A DNA stretch of 64,000 nt from Gammaproteobacteria bacterium (GCA_024640985.1 JAHEDY010000001.1:35769-99768); one strand, 5' to 3'; positions 11,072 through 21,201 are shown, numbered from the stretch's first letter. Notes: generated by a model not told the origin, from the sequence alone. Numbers and translations: made by a program.

Positions 11072-11102
11072 CCAAAAAAAAAGAGGAACCGAAGTTCCTC
11101 TT
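11072..11102 (-). terminator. Rho-independent terminator of phaP
   Basis: On the minus strand: aagaggaac-UUCG-gttcctctt, a 9-bp stem with a UUCG tetraloop, followed by a run of 9 T. Confidence 0.75.
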
Positions 11103-11122
11103 TTCTCGAGTCGACTTAGCGA

Positions 11123-11488
11123 TTAGTGCTTAGTCGCAGTCTCGATAGCGCCTTTAACAACGTTAGTTGCTTCGTCGCGGCTCTTCACAAGAGTTTCTTG
11201 TGAAACTTTAGCAGCGTCGATCAAGCGAGCTTGAAGGCCCTGAAGGTAAGACTTCTGTGATTCAACAACAGCAGCCAAATCTTTTTCAGCTGACAGAGCT
11301 TTTGCTTGCTCCATCGCGCCTTCTGCGAGTTCTTTAACAAGTGCAGTCTGCTGTTCAGCAAGAGCTTCAACAGTTGCCTTGTTGATTTCGAACAGGTCAG
11401 TCATTGGCTTCATTGCAGTTTCGTAAGACTTCATGTCAAACGCTTGCTTCATGTTAGCCTGCATATCTTCGATCATTTTTGCGTACAT
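11123..11488 (-). CDS. phaP: Phasin (PHA granule-associated protein)
   Basis: Small, Ala/Glu/Lys-rich helical protein with the phasin-type N-terminus (...FDMKSYETAMKPMTDLFEINKATVEAL). Adjacent to phaR and phaC. The second ATG (11488) has better RBS spacing (AAGGGGA). Confidence 0.7.
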   Translation of the reverse strand: MYAKMIEDMQANMKQAFDMKSYETAMKPMTDLFEINKATVEALAEQQTALVKELAEGAMEQAKALSAEKDLAAVVESQKSYLQGLQARLIDAAKVSQETLVKSRDEATNVVKGAIETATKH

Positions 11489-11510
11489 AATCATTCCCCT
11501 TTCAATGGTT

Positions 11511-11584
11511 TTGTGCGATGCACAAGATTTGAGAGAAAGATATCATGTTGCAGTGCAACGTCAACACTTTTTTGTGCGTTGCAC
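11511..11584. promoter_or_regulatory. Three TGC/GCA palindromes in the phaR-phaP spacer (candidate PhaR operators)
   Basis: TTGTGC-gat-GCACAA (11511-11525), GTTGCA-g-TGCAAC (11547-11559) and GTGC-gtt-GCAC (11574-11584). A fourth, TGCG-ag-CGCA, lies at 12100-12109 in the phaR<>phaC spacer. Confidence 0.4.
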
Positions 11585-11592
11585 CAAAAAAC

Positions 11593-12048
11593 TTATTCGT
11601 CTTTAGTCGAAGGCTTGCCGCCCAGTATTGTTTGAGACATGGATTCCCAAAGTTTCATGTTGTCTTCAGTCATTTTCTGGAGCACGCCAATGGGTGAGGT
11701 CGCACCGATCACGGAGCGCACTTGATCCTGCATGACTTCTTGTTGGTTCAAGAAAAATGAAATGGATTGTTCGAGGAAATGCGCCATGTTGGTTTGCATG
11801 CCGGATCCGTAGAAACGGATTAAGTGCTGAAGCACTTCATTGGTAAGCACGTGCTCGCCAGCATCGTTTTCCTGTTCCATAATGATCTGGAGTAGGATGG
11901 ATCGGGTGAGGTCGTCTCCCGATTTGGAATCCACCACACGAAAGCGTTCATGGCCAAGCACTAAATCCCGGACGTTATCTATGGTCACGTAGCAGCTTTG
12001 CGAGGTGTCGTAGAGTCGGCGATTGGGGTATTTTTTCAGTGTTCGCAT
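11593..12048 (-). CDS. phaR: PHA synthesis repressor PhaR
   Basis: N-terminus MRTLKKYPNRRLYDTSQSCYVTIDNVRDLV is the diagnostic PhaR DNA-binding motif. Divergent from phaC. Confidence 0.88.
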   Translation of the reverse strand: MRTLKKYPNRRLYDTSQSCYVTIDNVRDLVLGHERFRVVDSKSGDDLTRSILLQIIMEQENDAGEHVLTNEVLQHLIRFYGSGMQTNMAHFLEQSISFFLNQQEVMQDQVRSVIGATSPIGVLQKMTEDNMKLWESMSQTILGGKPSTKDE

Positions 12049-12129
12049 GGGAATGCCTGTTTATGTGAATTATTCTTACGGAAGATACTCACAAATTGAT
12101 GCGAGCGCAAAAAGTTTGAGAGGCTGGGT

Positions 12130-13728
12130 TTGCAAGGATTACAGGGCTTTGACCCGTCAAAACACGAATGGATTCAGGCTTGGCTTGCCAGGCTGACCGC
12201 GGAAAGCCAATTACTTTCATTCTTTGAACCGTCTGGAGCCCATGATTTCGGGCGTTTGCTCACGGCGCTGTCGGTTGAGGACCCTGATCGATTTCGGGCA
12301 TTCTCGAGTCAACTCTTCCCCAAATTACTCAGCGCTCTTCTGGATGCCGATACTGACGACTCCGTTTGGTCGCGACTATTTGACGAGGTCAGCTCGTCAT
12401 TTCCAGAGGTGGGTGGTTTTGATCGATCGCAGATTTTGTGGATGATCCGACAAGTTCAGGCGACTGACGATCTGCTGGTCAAACTCCGGTCCACGTTTGA
12501 GGCCGGCGAGATGAACGTTGAGCAAGGCCTTGAGAATTGGCGCCAAGATATTCTTGCCGGTGCCATCTTGCCGGATACGTTAAGACCCGATGCGTTTTCT
12601 TTGGGTCGTAATTTGGCTTCAACGCCAGGCGATGTGGTTTTCGAGAATCAACTGTTTCAATTAATTCAGTATCGACCATCGACCGACTCGGTGCATCAAA
12701 ATCCGATTCTATTAATTCCCGCTTTTGTGAATCGCTTTTATATTTTGGATCTCTCTGGCGAGTATTCGATGGTCCGTTGGCTCGTTGACCAGGGCCATAC
12801 CGTGTTTCTGATGAGTTGGATTAATCCAACAGAAATGCTGGCGCCCTATGACATGACGCATTATGTGTTGGACGGTGGGTTGGCTGCACTGGATCAGATC
12901 GATCGCATGCTGCCGAGGACTCGAACGCAATTGATGGGATACTGTGCCGGCGGTGTGGTTGCAACGCTTCTCACTGCTTGGTTGAAGGCGCGCGGTGAAG
13001 ATCGCATCGCCTCATTATCGCTCTTAACAACCCTGTTGGATTATTCAGATCCAGGACCCTTGGGCCATTTCGTGTCCAAGGAGACGATTGAATCGCTTCG
13101 CAAACCTTTAACAGAGATGGGTTATTTGCCGGCCGAACTGATGTTGCGGACCTTTGCAAGTTTACGACCTCATGATTTGCTGTTTGGGCGTATGTTGAAT
13201 TCGTATGTGCTAGGTCAACGTGCAAAGCCCTTTCCCCTCCTGCACTGGCTTGGTGATGGCACTCGGACTCCTGCATCCTTGGTGTTGTGGATTTTGGAAC
13301 AACTGTATTTGAAGAATGCTTTGGTGAGTGAGTCACCGATGCAACTGGCCGGCCAGTCGATTGATCTCTCTACTATCGACTGCCCAACCTTTCTTCTCGC
13401 CACTGAAAGCGATGACATTAGCCCTTGGCAGAGTGTGATGATGGCCGCCGATCGCTTTGGTGTGGAGCCTGTGTGCGTGCTTGGACAGGGTGGACATAAT
13501 GCGGGCGTCATCAGTCCACCCAGCAAGCAACGGCATGATTACTATCGCTTAGATTCATCGGACTGGTTGAATAAAACGATCGCAGTACGATCTGAGGGAA
13601 GTTGGTGGTTGCCCTGGAATGAATTCCTAGAGAAGCAGCAAGGGTCATCTGTGTCACCACCGTTGCCAGGAGGGGGGATTAGACCTGTGATCGAGGAAGC
13701 GCCGGGTCGATACGTTAAACAATCCTGA
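12130..13728 (+). CDS. phaC: Poly(R)-hydroxyalkanoate synthase (class I-like PhaC)
   Basis: Alpha/beta hydrolase with lipase-box GYCAGG (catalytic Cys) and a PhaC-type N-domain. TTG start at 12130, 5 nt after GAGAGG. At 532 aa it is somewhat shorter than typical class I enzymes. Confidence 0.85.
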   Translation: MQGLQGFDPSKHEWIQAWLARLTAESQLLSFFEPSGAHDFGRLLTALSVEDPDRFRAFSSQLFPKLLSALLDADTDDSVWSRLFDEVSSSFPEVGGFDRSQILWMIRQVQATDDLLVKLRSTFEAGEMNVEQGLENWRQDILAGAILPDTLRPDAFSLGRNLASTPGDVVFENQLFQLIQYRPSTDSVHQNPILLIPAFVNRFYILDLSGEYSMVRWLVDQGHTVFLMSWINPTEMLAPYDMTHYVLDGGLAALDQIDRMLPRTRTQLMGYCAGGVVATLLTAWLKARGEDRIASLSLLTTLLDYSDPGPLGHFVSKETIESLRKPLTEMGYLPAELMLRTFASLRPHDLLFGRMLNSYVLGQRAKPFPLLHWLGDGTRTPASLVLWILEQLYLKNALVSESPMQLAGQSIDLSTIDCPTFLLATESDDISPWQSVMMAADRFGVEPVCVLGQGGHNAGVISPPSKQRHDYYRLDSSDWLNKTIAVRSEGSWWLPWNEFLEKQQGSSVSPPLPGGGIRPVIEEAPGRYVKQS

Positions 13729-13780
13729 GGTTTGGCGTTTTTCAAACACTTCTATACACTTCGCGCGCTAGAAACCCTGA

Positions 13781-15373
13781 TTGAGACCCAACGTGAATCA
13801 AATTGAACGGGAAGGTGCGATTCGACGCACATTCGCCATTATTTCGCACCCTGACGCTGGTAAAACCACCATGACCGAAAAGCTCTTGCTGTTCGGTCAT
13901 GCGATTTCGGTCGCAGGCACTGTTAAGGCAAGAAAAGCAGCGCGACATGCAACATCTGACTGGATGCAGATGGAGCAAGAACGTGGCATTTCGGTGACCA
14001 CTTCGGTGATGCAATTTCCCTATCAGGGTCGAGTGGTCAACCTTCTGGATACCCCTGGGCATGAAGATTTTTCCGAAGATACCTACCGGACTCTGACTGC
14101 AGTGGATTCGGCATTGATGGTGCTTGATGGCGCCAAAGGCGTCGAGGATCGCACCATTAAATTGATGCAGGTATGTCGATTGCGGACTACGCCGATTGTT
14201 TCATTCGTCAATAAGTTAGACCGTGATATTCGTGACCCAATTGAATTGATGGATGAGGTCGAAGAGGTCTTGAAGATCTCCGTCACTCCAGTGACTTGGC
14301 CGATTGGTATGGGGCCACACTTCAAAGGTGTCTATCACCTGAGAACAGATACTCTGCACGTCTATGTCAAAGGCCAAGGCGACCGTATTCCCGACGATAT
14401 CCGTATTCAGGGGTTAGATTCTGATGAAGCGCGTGAGTTTTTAGGGAGTGAGTGGCAGGATTTTTCAGATCAGGTTGAGCTGGTCAGAGAAGCGACTCCT
14501 GCCTTTGAGGTCGATCGATTTTTGGCCGGTGAGTTGACGCCCGTATTTTTTGGTACAGCAATGGGTAATTTTGGTGTGCGGGAGATGCTGAATGATTTTG
14601 TGGAATATGCTCCAAAGCCCATCGTACGAGAAACAGAAACACGTGCAGTGAATCCTTCGGAAGAGAAGTTCAGCGGGTTTGTCTTTAAGATTCAGGCGAA
14701 CATGGATCCGAAGCATCGCGACCGCATTGCCTTTTTACGTGTGTGCTCAGGAGCCTACAAAAAAGGCATGAAGATTAAGCATACGCGCATTGGTAAAGAC
14801 GTCAGGATCTCAGATGCCGTGACCTTTTTAGCCGGTGATCGTGCATCTGCCGAAGAGGCATACCCCGGTGATATTTTAGGTCTTCATAATCATGGCACGA
14901 TTCAAATTGGAGATACCTTTACCGAAGGAGAAGATCTTCAATTTACGGGGATTCCTCATTTTGCGCCTGAGCTATTTCGACGTGTCCGTCTGAAAGACCC
15001 ATTGAAAACCAAGCAGTTACAGAAAGGGCTCACCCAGTTGTCGGAAGAGGGTGCGACTCAGGTATTCATGCCGCACAAAAACAATGACTTAATTGTCGGA
15101 GCCGTCGGTGTTCTGCAGTTTGATGTGGTGGCCTTTCGATTATTGGATGAGTACAAAGCGGAAGCGGTTTATGACCAAATCAATGTGTACACAGCCCGAT
15201 GGATCAAATGTGACGATCCAAAAATGCTCGCTGATTTTAAAAAGAAAGCGTATGAGAATCTCGCCGACGATGGTGGTGGGTATCTCACGTATCTGGCGCC
15301 ATCACGGGCGAATTTGCAACTCATGCAAGAGCGTTGGCCAGATGTTCAGTTCTTGGAAACCAGAGAGCATTGA
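13781..15373 (+). CDS. prfC: Peptide chain release factor 3
   Basis: Translational GTPase with [24 protein letters not shown] and NKLD motifs, about 529 aa. Start is TTG 13781 or GTG 13793. Confidence 0.9.
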   Translation: MRPNVNQIEREGAIRRTFAIISHPDAGKTTMTEKLLLFGHAISVAGTVKARKAARHATSDWMQMEQERGISVTTSVMQFPYQGRVVNLLDTPGHEDFSEDTYRTLTAVDSALMVLDGAKGVEDRTIKLMQVCRLRTTPIVSFVNKLDRDIRDPIELMDEVEEVLKISVTPVTWPIGMGPHFKGVYHLRTDTLHVYVKGQGDRIPDDIRIQGLDSDEAREFLGSEWQDFSDQVELVREATPAFEVDRFLAGELTPVFFGTAMGNFGVREMLNDFVEYAPKPIVRETETRAVNPSEEKFSGFVFKIQANMDPKHRDRIAFLRVCSGAYKKGMKIKHTRIGKDVRISDAVTFLAGDRASAEEAYPGDILGLHNHGTIQIGDTFTEGEDLQFTGIPHFAPELFRRVRLKDPLKTKQLQKGLTQLSEEGATQVFMPHKNNDLIVGAVGVLQFDVVAFRLLDEYKAEAVYDQINVYTARWIKCDDPKMLADFKKKAYENLADDGGGYLTYLAPSRANLQLMQERWPDVQFLETREH

Positions 15374-15376
15374 TCC

Positions 15377-16114
15377 GTGTGGGTCGATATCAACGTTCAT
15401 CTCGAGTTGATGTCGGCCTCATCTGAGTCAGTCAATCAAGTCGCCAATGCGTCATCGGTGAATTTCATCGCCACAGGGACCCATCCTGATCAGTGGCGTT
15501 GGCTTGTCAGTCGAACGCGTTATTTGGCCTTTGGGCTACATCCTCACTATGCGGCAGATTCGTCTGACTGGTTAAGTCTTCTTGAACACTATTTGTGCAG
15601 TCATCCTTGTTTGGCAATCGGTGAGATTGGGCTCGATTTTAGGCCATACATGCCAGCGCGAGAGATTCAGCAGCGCATATTTGAGCACCAACTCGCTCTG
15701 GCAAAAGAACTGGATCGTCCGGTGATTATTCACGCAGTGAAATCGCACACTGAGGTGATTTCAACGCTCAAGCGCGTCGGTCTCAATCGGTTCGTGATTC
15801 ATGCATTTTTGGGATCTGAAGACGTTGCCGCCGCATATTTAACTCTCGGTGGATACTTAAGTGCCGGAGGTCTTATGACACGAACACCGAGGCCCCGTGC
15901 GTTGGATGTATTTCGCAATATGCCAACATACCGGTTACTTCTGGAAACCGATTCTCCAGATTTGCCTCTGACTGGGATGATTGAAGGCTCTCCCGAGCAC
16001 TTACCAATGATCGGTCGATCACTGGCAGGAGACCTGGGGATTAGCGTATCGGCCCTTGAACAGTTGAGTTACTCAAATGCGTGCGTGTTGTTCGATCACG
16101 ATTTCGCTCAATAA
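15377..16114 (+). CDS. TatD-family metal-dependent hydrolase
   Basis: TIM-barrel TatD motifs GEIGLD, VIIHAV, VIHAF and ETDSPDL. GTG start 4 nt after the prfC stop. Confidence 0.75.
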   Translation: MWVDINVHLELMSASSESVNQVANASSVNFIATGTHPDQWRWLVSRTRYLAFGLHPHYAADSSDWLSLLEHYLCSHPCLAIGEIGLDFRPYMPAREIQQRIFEHQLALAKELDRPVIIHAVKSHTEVISTLKRVGLNRFVIHAFLGSEDVAAAYLTLGGYLSAGGLMTRTPRPRALDVFRNMPTYRLLLETDSPDLPLTGMIEGSPEHLPMIGRSLAGDLGISVSALEQLSYSNACVLFDHDFAQ

Positions 16115-19100
16115 GACTCAAGACCGACGGCACGATCATCAAGACGAGCACGGTGCCGTACGCCAGGCCAAAGACGATGGTTGTTGCCATGGGAATTAAA
16201 AATTGAGCCTGAGGTGAGGTTTCAAAAAGGATCGGTGTCAGTCCGGCAATCGTTGTCAGTGATGTTACCAACACAGCTCGGAAACGGAGACAACTCGCTT
16301 TGACAATGGCCTCTATATGATCTTCACCTGCATCGATCAAGCGTCGGTAGGTGTCCACCAGTACAATGGAATCATTAATCACGATGCCAGATAAACCAAA
16401 AAAGCCGAATAACGAAAGGACAGTCAGGTCAAGGCCCATGAGCCAGTGGCCTCCAATCGCACCAGTTAATCCTAAGGGGATGGCAATCAAGACTGCAAAG
16501 GGCCACGAATAACTGGAGAAAACCCAGGCGAGAATAATGTAGATCATGGTCAGCGCGACTAATACACCGACTTTCATATCTGCGAAAGTTTCTTCACGAT
16601 CTTGAGCGCGGCCCTGAATGTTGGACTTCAGTCCGAACTTGGCTGTGATTTCTGATAAAGCCGTGGCGCGAACATCGGACAGAATTTCGGACGCATTTGC
16701 GATGAGATTATTCACATCGGCACTCACCACAATGCTCATTTGGCCATCGGTCCGCCGTAATTCATCCAGTCCTCGTCTGGATTCAAATGTCGCAACGACC
16801 GGAAGTGGGACAATGCCGCCTGAAGCGGTCACGATCGGCAATTGATCGAGCGTTGCCAGGCGATCACGTTCTGACTCCGACAGCGACAGAAGCACATCCA
16901 CCTCAATGCCATCCTCGTAAAAAGTTTGCAGTGTGCGGCCTTCAAAAGCACCTCGAAGTTGGCGTGCTAACTGCTGTGACGTGAGATTGAGCTGTCGGCC
17001 TTGCGGTGTTAATTGGACCACTAATTGCTCAGCACCAAAGGGAAGATCATCGTCAATGTTGGAAACACCGGGGTAGCGTCTCAAACGATCCTGAATTTCA
17101 AGAGAAGCGGCTTTTAAGGTTTCAGCATTGCCACCGGTGAGCTTGATCTCAATCGGTTTCGATGGCGGCCCGCCTTGTGCTTGACGGATGGAGAATTTTT
17201 CAATCCCTCCAGGTAACTGAATTCTTTGCCGCCATGCGTCGATGATGACGTCATTCGGAGGCCCGTCGAGCTCTCCGGTCAGCATGACCTTCAGTGTCCC
17301 ATAATGATCACCGGTTCCTCCGCGCACACCTGGAGCCGAGAGCTGTCTGTGTTGCATCAATGTATGACGAATGACGGTGCCGCCAAACTCGTCGTTGACT
17401 GCATTTGCAGTCTCTTCGAGGTGATCCAGAAATCGATCGACGTCATCTGGGGTCGTGCCAGAGGTGAACTGGGCGCCGGCCCATAGAGTGGTGCCATCAA
17501 TCGAGGGGAAAAACGTGAATTTGACACGACCACCAGAAATGAGGCCCACCGATAAGATAAAGAGCGTCAGGGCGGTCATGAGGGTGAGTGCGGGGGCTTT
17601 GAGAATCACGCCAACGAATGGTTTGAAAACATGATCTCGAAAATTGAGAAAGCCGCGATCCAAGGCCTGTCGAATTTTGCCTTCGTCATGCCGATGGCCG
17701 CGATTGAGGCTTTGTTGTAAATGTCCGGGAAGAATGAGAAAACACTCGATCAGCGAGGCGACGATGACACAAATCACGATAATCGGAATGTCCTTGAGGA
17801 TTGACCCGATCACGCCGCCGACAATTAATAGCGGTGAAAAGGCAGCGATGGTCGTGAGGCTTGACGACACCACAGGTGCAAGCATGCGTTCTGAACCCTG
17901 CAGAGCCGAATTAAGTGGCGTTTGTCCGGATTGATAAAGGGTTAAGGTGTCTTCTGCGACCACGATGGCGTCATCGACAATCACACCAAGCGCCATGATC
18001 ATTCCAAATAGGCTGATCATATTGATGGTTCCGCCGATCATCCAAAGAATCGCCAGAGTTGCCAAGAACGAGACCGGGATGCCGAGGGTGACCCAAAACG
18101 CGACGCGCTGATTCAAAAACAGATACAGAATGATGATGACAAAGAGTAAACCGGTCAGTCCGTTTTCCAGTAAGAGATTGATGCGGTCATCGAGGTATTG
18201 CCAGCGTTCATCCAGAACAATCAACTCAGTGCCTTCGGGGAGTTGGGCACGAGCCTCAGTGATCCATTGGTTGGTGATTTCTGCCATTTCTAAGGTGGAG
18301 TCATTCTCAGTACGTTGTGGAATGATTTCGACAGCGGATTGGCCTTTGTAAGTCAGATAAGGTGCTTTTGGATCCACTCGATCCCGAACAGTGGCGATGC
18401 TGCCAAGACGCATTCCCACAGGGGAACCATCGAGCGAGATAATGGTGTTGGCGATGTCGGTTTGATTACGGCCTTGCTCCAAGCTTCGCAGTTGGCGTTC
18501 TCCATCGTCGCGGCCCGCGGTCCCTGCGGGTAAATCACGCGCTTGGGTGAGAATTCGATCCGCAAGCGTATCCAGGGTTAAGCCAAGTGAGGCGAGGGTT
18601 TCTGCGCTTGTTTCAATTTGCATTTCACGCGTCGGCAGGCCTCGAAAGTCGACTTTCCGAATTCCCCGTGCCAGCAGTTCTTGTTCGGCCTTCAGTGCCA
18701 ATTTCTGTAATTCAAACGGTGTGAGCGGACCGGTAATCAGTAGATTTGAGATGTCCTCGTAGCGCGTCAGGGAGGAGACCATGGGGTCTTCAGCCCCTTC
18801 AGGGAGCGTGAGATTCTGGTCGATTCGCTGGCTAATATCATCAAGTGCTTGTGATAGATTCGCCCCTTCCGCTAACTCAATTCGAAAGCTTGCCGACCCA
18901 AACTGGCTGGTCGCGTCAATTGAGTCAATGACAGCGAGTTCTTCAATTGAGTTTTCAATTGGGACAGTGAGGCCTTCCTGGACGTCTTCAGCGGTCGCGC
19001 CTGGCCAGGCGACGGAAACGGTGATGATGTCGAGTTCAAAACTGGGGAAAAACTGTGTCCGCAATCGATCAACACCGATTAAACCGGCGATGATCATAAT

Positions 19101-19160
19101 GATCATCAAGAGATTGGCGGCGACTCGATGTTTGGCAAACATGTGCACAAAAGTAATCAC
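16041..19160 (-). CDS. RND efflux permease (AcrB/AcrD/AcrF family)
   Basis: About 1039 aa, 12-TM RND architecture with two large periplasmic loops and conserved TM4 region (GMIMALGVIVDDAIVV). Overlaps its adaptor gene by 4 nt. The 3' end overlaps the tatD 3' end by 74 nt. Confidence 0.9.
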   Translation of the reverse strand: MITFVHMFAKHRVAANLLMIIMIIAGLIGVDRLRTQFFPSFELDIITVSVAWPGATAEDVQEGLTVPIENSIEELAVIDSIDATSQFGSASFRIELAEGANLSQALDDISQRIDQNLTLPEGAEDPMVSSLTRYEDISNLLITGPLTPFELQKLALKAEQELLARGIRKVDFRGLPTREMQIETSAETLASLGLTLDTLADRILTQARDLPAGTAGRDDGERQLRSLEQGRNQTDIANTIISLDGSPVGMRLGSIATVRDRVDPKAPYLTYKGQSAVEIIPQRTENDSTLEMAEITNQWITEARAQLPEGTELIVLDERWQYLDDRINLLLENGLTGLLFVIIILYLFLNQRVAFWVTLGIPVSFLATLAILWMIGGTINMISLFGMIMALGVIVDDAIVVAEDTLTLYQSGQTPLNSALQGSERMLAPVVSSSLTTIAAFSPLLIVGGVIGSILKDIPIIVICVIVASLIECFLILPGHLQQSLNRGHRHDEGKIRQALDRGFLNFRDHVFKPFVGVILKAPALTLMTALTLFILSVGLISGGRVKFTFFPSIDGTTLWAGAQFTSGTTPDDVDRFLDHLEETANAVNDEFGGTVIRHTLMQHRQLSAPGVRGGTGDHYGTLKVMLTGELDGPPNDVIIDAWRQRIQLPGGIEKFSIRQAQGGPPSKPIEIKLTGGNAETLKAASLEIQDRLRRYPGVSNIDDDLPFGAEQLVVQLTPQGRQLNLTSQQLARQLRGAFEGRTLQTFYEDGIEVDVLLSLSESERDRLATLDQLPIVTASGGIVPLPVVATFESRRGLDELRRTDGQMSIVVSADVNNLIANASEILSDVRATALSEITAKFGLKSNIQGRAQDREETFADMKVGVLVALTMIYIILAWVFSSYSWPFAVLIAIPLGLTGAIGGHWLMGLDLTVLSLFGFFGLSGIVINDSIVLVDTYRRLIDAGEDHIEAIVKASCLRFRAVLVTSLTTIAGLTPILFETSPQAQFLIPMATTIVFGLAYGTVLVLMIVPSVLSLIERNRDRTTRTHLSNSTVQGPIR

Positions 19161-20404
19161 TGAATGACCTCAACCTTCAGACCAGTGACGGCAGCCGGTA
19201 AGCGCGAGACAAGGATGAGATCACCAGTTTGGATCTCAGCGGAGCGCACCAGGATTTCGGTCTTATTTTCCCCGGGGCGTTGGCCTAGGCGTTCTACTGT
19301 CACAGCTTCAAGTGTGTTGTCGGATGTGACGCGGTAAATGAGATTGCCACCGTAAAGGGCATCTGTCGGTAGGACAACGACCGACGACTCAGCCACTAAT
19401 TCAACGGAAACCGATAACACGCTCCCTGTGGGGGGGAGTTGAGTGTCTGAAGTAAAAAACGCATCAATCGATCCGGTATTGTCACGAACAGCACCGCTGA
19501 CCCGAGTCAGTTGCAGCTGATGTCCGCGGTCGGTTGAGGCGGTCACTGGAGTTTGTGTACGGATTGCGTTGGATAATGCGAGGCCAACTGATGCTGGAAC
19601 CTGAACTCGAATCTCGCGTCCGGAGTCGGGTGCAAAGATCAGTAGGTGTTGGTTGGATTGAACTCGGTCGCCGGCCACCACGTTGACCTCGATCACTTGT
19701 CCATCTGCCGGTGCTTTGACCTGAGTGGATTCAAAGTCGCGGGTAGCGGCGCGTACTTCAGCATCAAATCGCTGAATGGCGGTCGTCAATTGGATCCGCT
19801 TTGATTCCACGGTGGCTAAGGCCAGTTCTCGGCGATTGATTTGTAGTTTCTGGCTGACAACCGCTTGTCGAGCGGTGTCTAGATCTTGTTCGCTTGTGAG
19901 ATTGCGTTGTCTTAAATCCTGAATCCGGGCCAGCTTGTGGGTTAAAATATCCAGCGCTTCCTGATCCAGGATTAGCGCTTCTCGATCTTTGGATTCAGTC
20001 GCATTTAAAGCGATGAGATTGGCCTTGGCATCTGCTAAGTTGGCTTTGGCTTGTGAGAGTTTGATTTCCGCATCGGTGGCATCAAGCTCGATTAAAACGC
20101 GACCTGCTTCAGTACGAGCACCTTCCCGGACGTGGAGTGCAGCAACATCGGTTGCGATCCGCGCTTTGAGAGTCTGCGTATCTGGATTTTGCACCGAGCC
20201 AAATCCATTGAAAACTGGGGACACCGTTTGCAATTGAATGGTTTGCGTCGAAACGCGCCAGACGGCCGCGGGGACTTCCCGGATCTCTGCTGTTGGTTTG
20301 GATTGGGTTAATAAAAAAAATCCGCCGATTCCTGCGCCAAAAATCGCAAGACCGACCGCAATCGATTGAAATGGGATACGTCTCATGGGGAGCCTTTTGT
20401 TCAT
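19157..20404 (-). CDS. RND efflux periplasmic adaptor (HlyD/MFP family)
   Basis: N-terminal TM anchor, lipoyl/coiled-coil/beta-barrel layout (VLIELDATDAEIKLSQAKANLADAKANL...; VKAPADGQVIEVNVVAGDRV). Confidence 0.85.
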   Translation of the reverse strand: MNKRLPMRRIPFQSIAVGLAIFGAGIGGFFLLTQSKPTAEIREVPAAVWRVSTQTIQLQTVSPVFNGFGSVQNPDTQTLKARIATDVAALHVREGARTEAGRVLIELDATDAEIKLSQAKANLADAKANLIALNATESKDREALILDQEALDILTHKLARIQDLRQRNLTSEQDLDTARQAVVSQKLQINRRELALATVESKRIQLTTAIQRFDAEVRAATRDFESTQVKAPADGQVIEVNVVAGDRVQSNQHLLIFAPDSGREIRVQVPASVGLALSNAIRTQTPVTASTDRGHQLQLTRVSGAVRDNTGSIDAFFTSDTQLPPTGSVLSVSVELVAESSVVVLPTDALYGGNLIYRVTSDNTLEAVTVERLGQRPGENKTEILVRSAEIQTGDLILVSRLPAAVTGLKVEVIQ

Positions 20405-20446
20405 GTCGTGTGAGATTACACGCGGCTCCCCCGGGAGGCCAGAGGA

Positions 20447-20650
20447 TTACTGTCCGATAGCGTACTGCTGCGTGTCAGAATCCTGGGTTTCGTTCTGGAT
20501 CTTGACGTAGATCTCCTCTCGATGGATATCAACAGATTTCGGTGCGTTGATTCCGAGTCGAACATGGTTACCAAATAATCCAAGAATTGTGACGGACACC
20601 TCGTCGCCGATCATCACTTTCTCGCCAATTTTTCGGGTTAATACCAGCAT
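20447..20650 (-). CDS. csrA: Carbon storage regulator CsrA/RsmA family
   Basis: [24 protein letters not shown]...[19 protein letters not shown] is near-canonical CsrA. ATG at 20650 with GAGAGG RBS. 67 aa. Confidence 0.9.
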   Translation of the reverse strand: MLVLTRKIGEKVMIGDEVSVTILGLFGNHVRLGINAPKSVDIHREEIYVKIQNETQDSDTQQYAIGQ

Positions 20651-20877
20651 GGGCTTACCTCTCATTTCTATCCGTAGTTTGATTTTGTCCAGTTATTGTC
20701 CTAAACATTGCTATGATTTTTCTGGGGCGTCAACTGTTTTCGTCCGAAAATCGTGAAATTTAGGGATTTTTTGGGAAGAATCTTTTGGAATTGGTGATTT
20801 GTTTCTATTTTGTCCTGGTTTTGTTTAAAAATTGAGATGGCCTGTGAACTTTTATTGTCATCAAAGAGGAAATCGCG

Positions 20878-21201
20878 ATGTATAAGTTGATTGTATTCGT
20901 GCCGGAGGCGGCAAAAGAATCATTGAAGTCAGCGCTGTTTCAAGCTGGTGCTGGATCTCTTGGCGCCTACAGCCACTGTGCATGGGAATGCTTGGGAACT
21001 GGTCAGTTCCTTCCTGGTGATGCTGCACATCCTCATATTGGAACCACAGGGTCCATTGCGTACGTCCCTGAGTGGCGGGTAGAAATGTTGGTTCCAGATC
21101 CGGTTGTTGAGTCGGTTAAAGATGCGCTCTATCAGTCGCACCCTTATGAGGAGCCTGCCTTTGATCTGCTTCGTGTGGAAGATGTGATGTCTCGAACTTA
21201 G
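20878..21201 (+). CDS. YqfO/Nif3-insert-like small protein (PII-like fold)
   Basis: 107 aa. MYKLIVFVPE...ALFQAGAG..G.YSHCAW...G.F.P...A.P.IG and HPYEEPAFDL resemble stand-alone homologues of the Nif3 insert domain. Assigned from pattern memory only. Confidence 0.5.
   Translation: MYKLIVFVPEAAKESLKSALFQAGAGSLGAYSHCAWECLGTGQFLPGDAAHPHIGTTGSIAYVPEWRVEMLVPDPVVESVKDALYQSHPYEEPAFDLLRVEDVMSRT

Noticed and set aside
20761-20810. Plus-strand AGGGA/GGGAA/TGGAA cluster as a possible CsrB/RsmZ-like sRNA next to csrA.
   Set aside because: Only three motifs in about 50 nt, with no supporting stem-loops, promoter or terminator. The T-rich tract is more simply the promoter region of the downstream gene at 20878.
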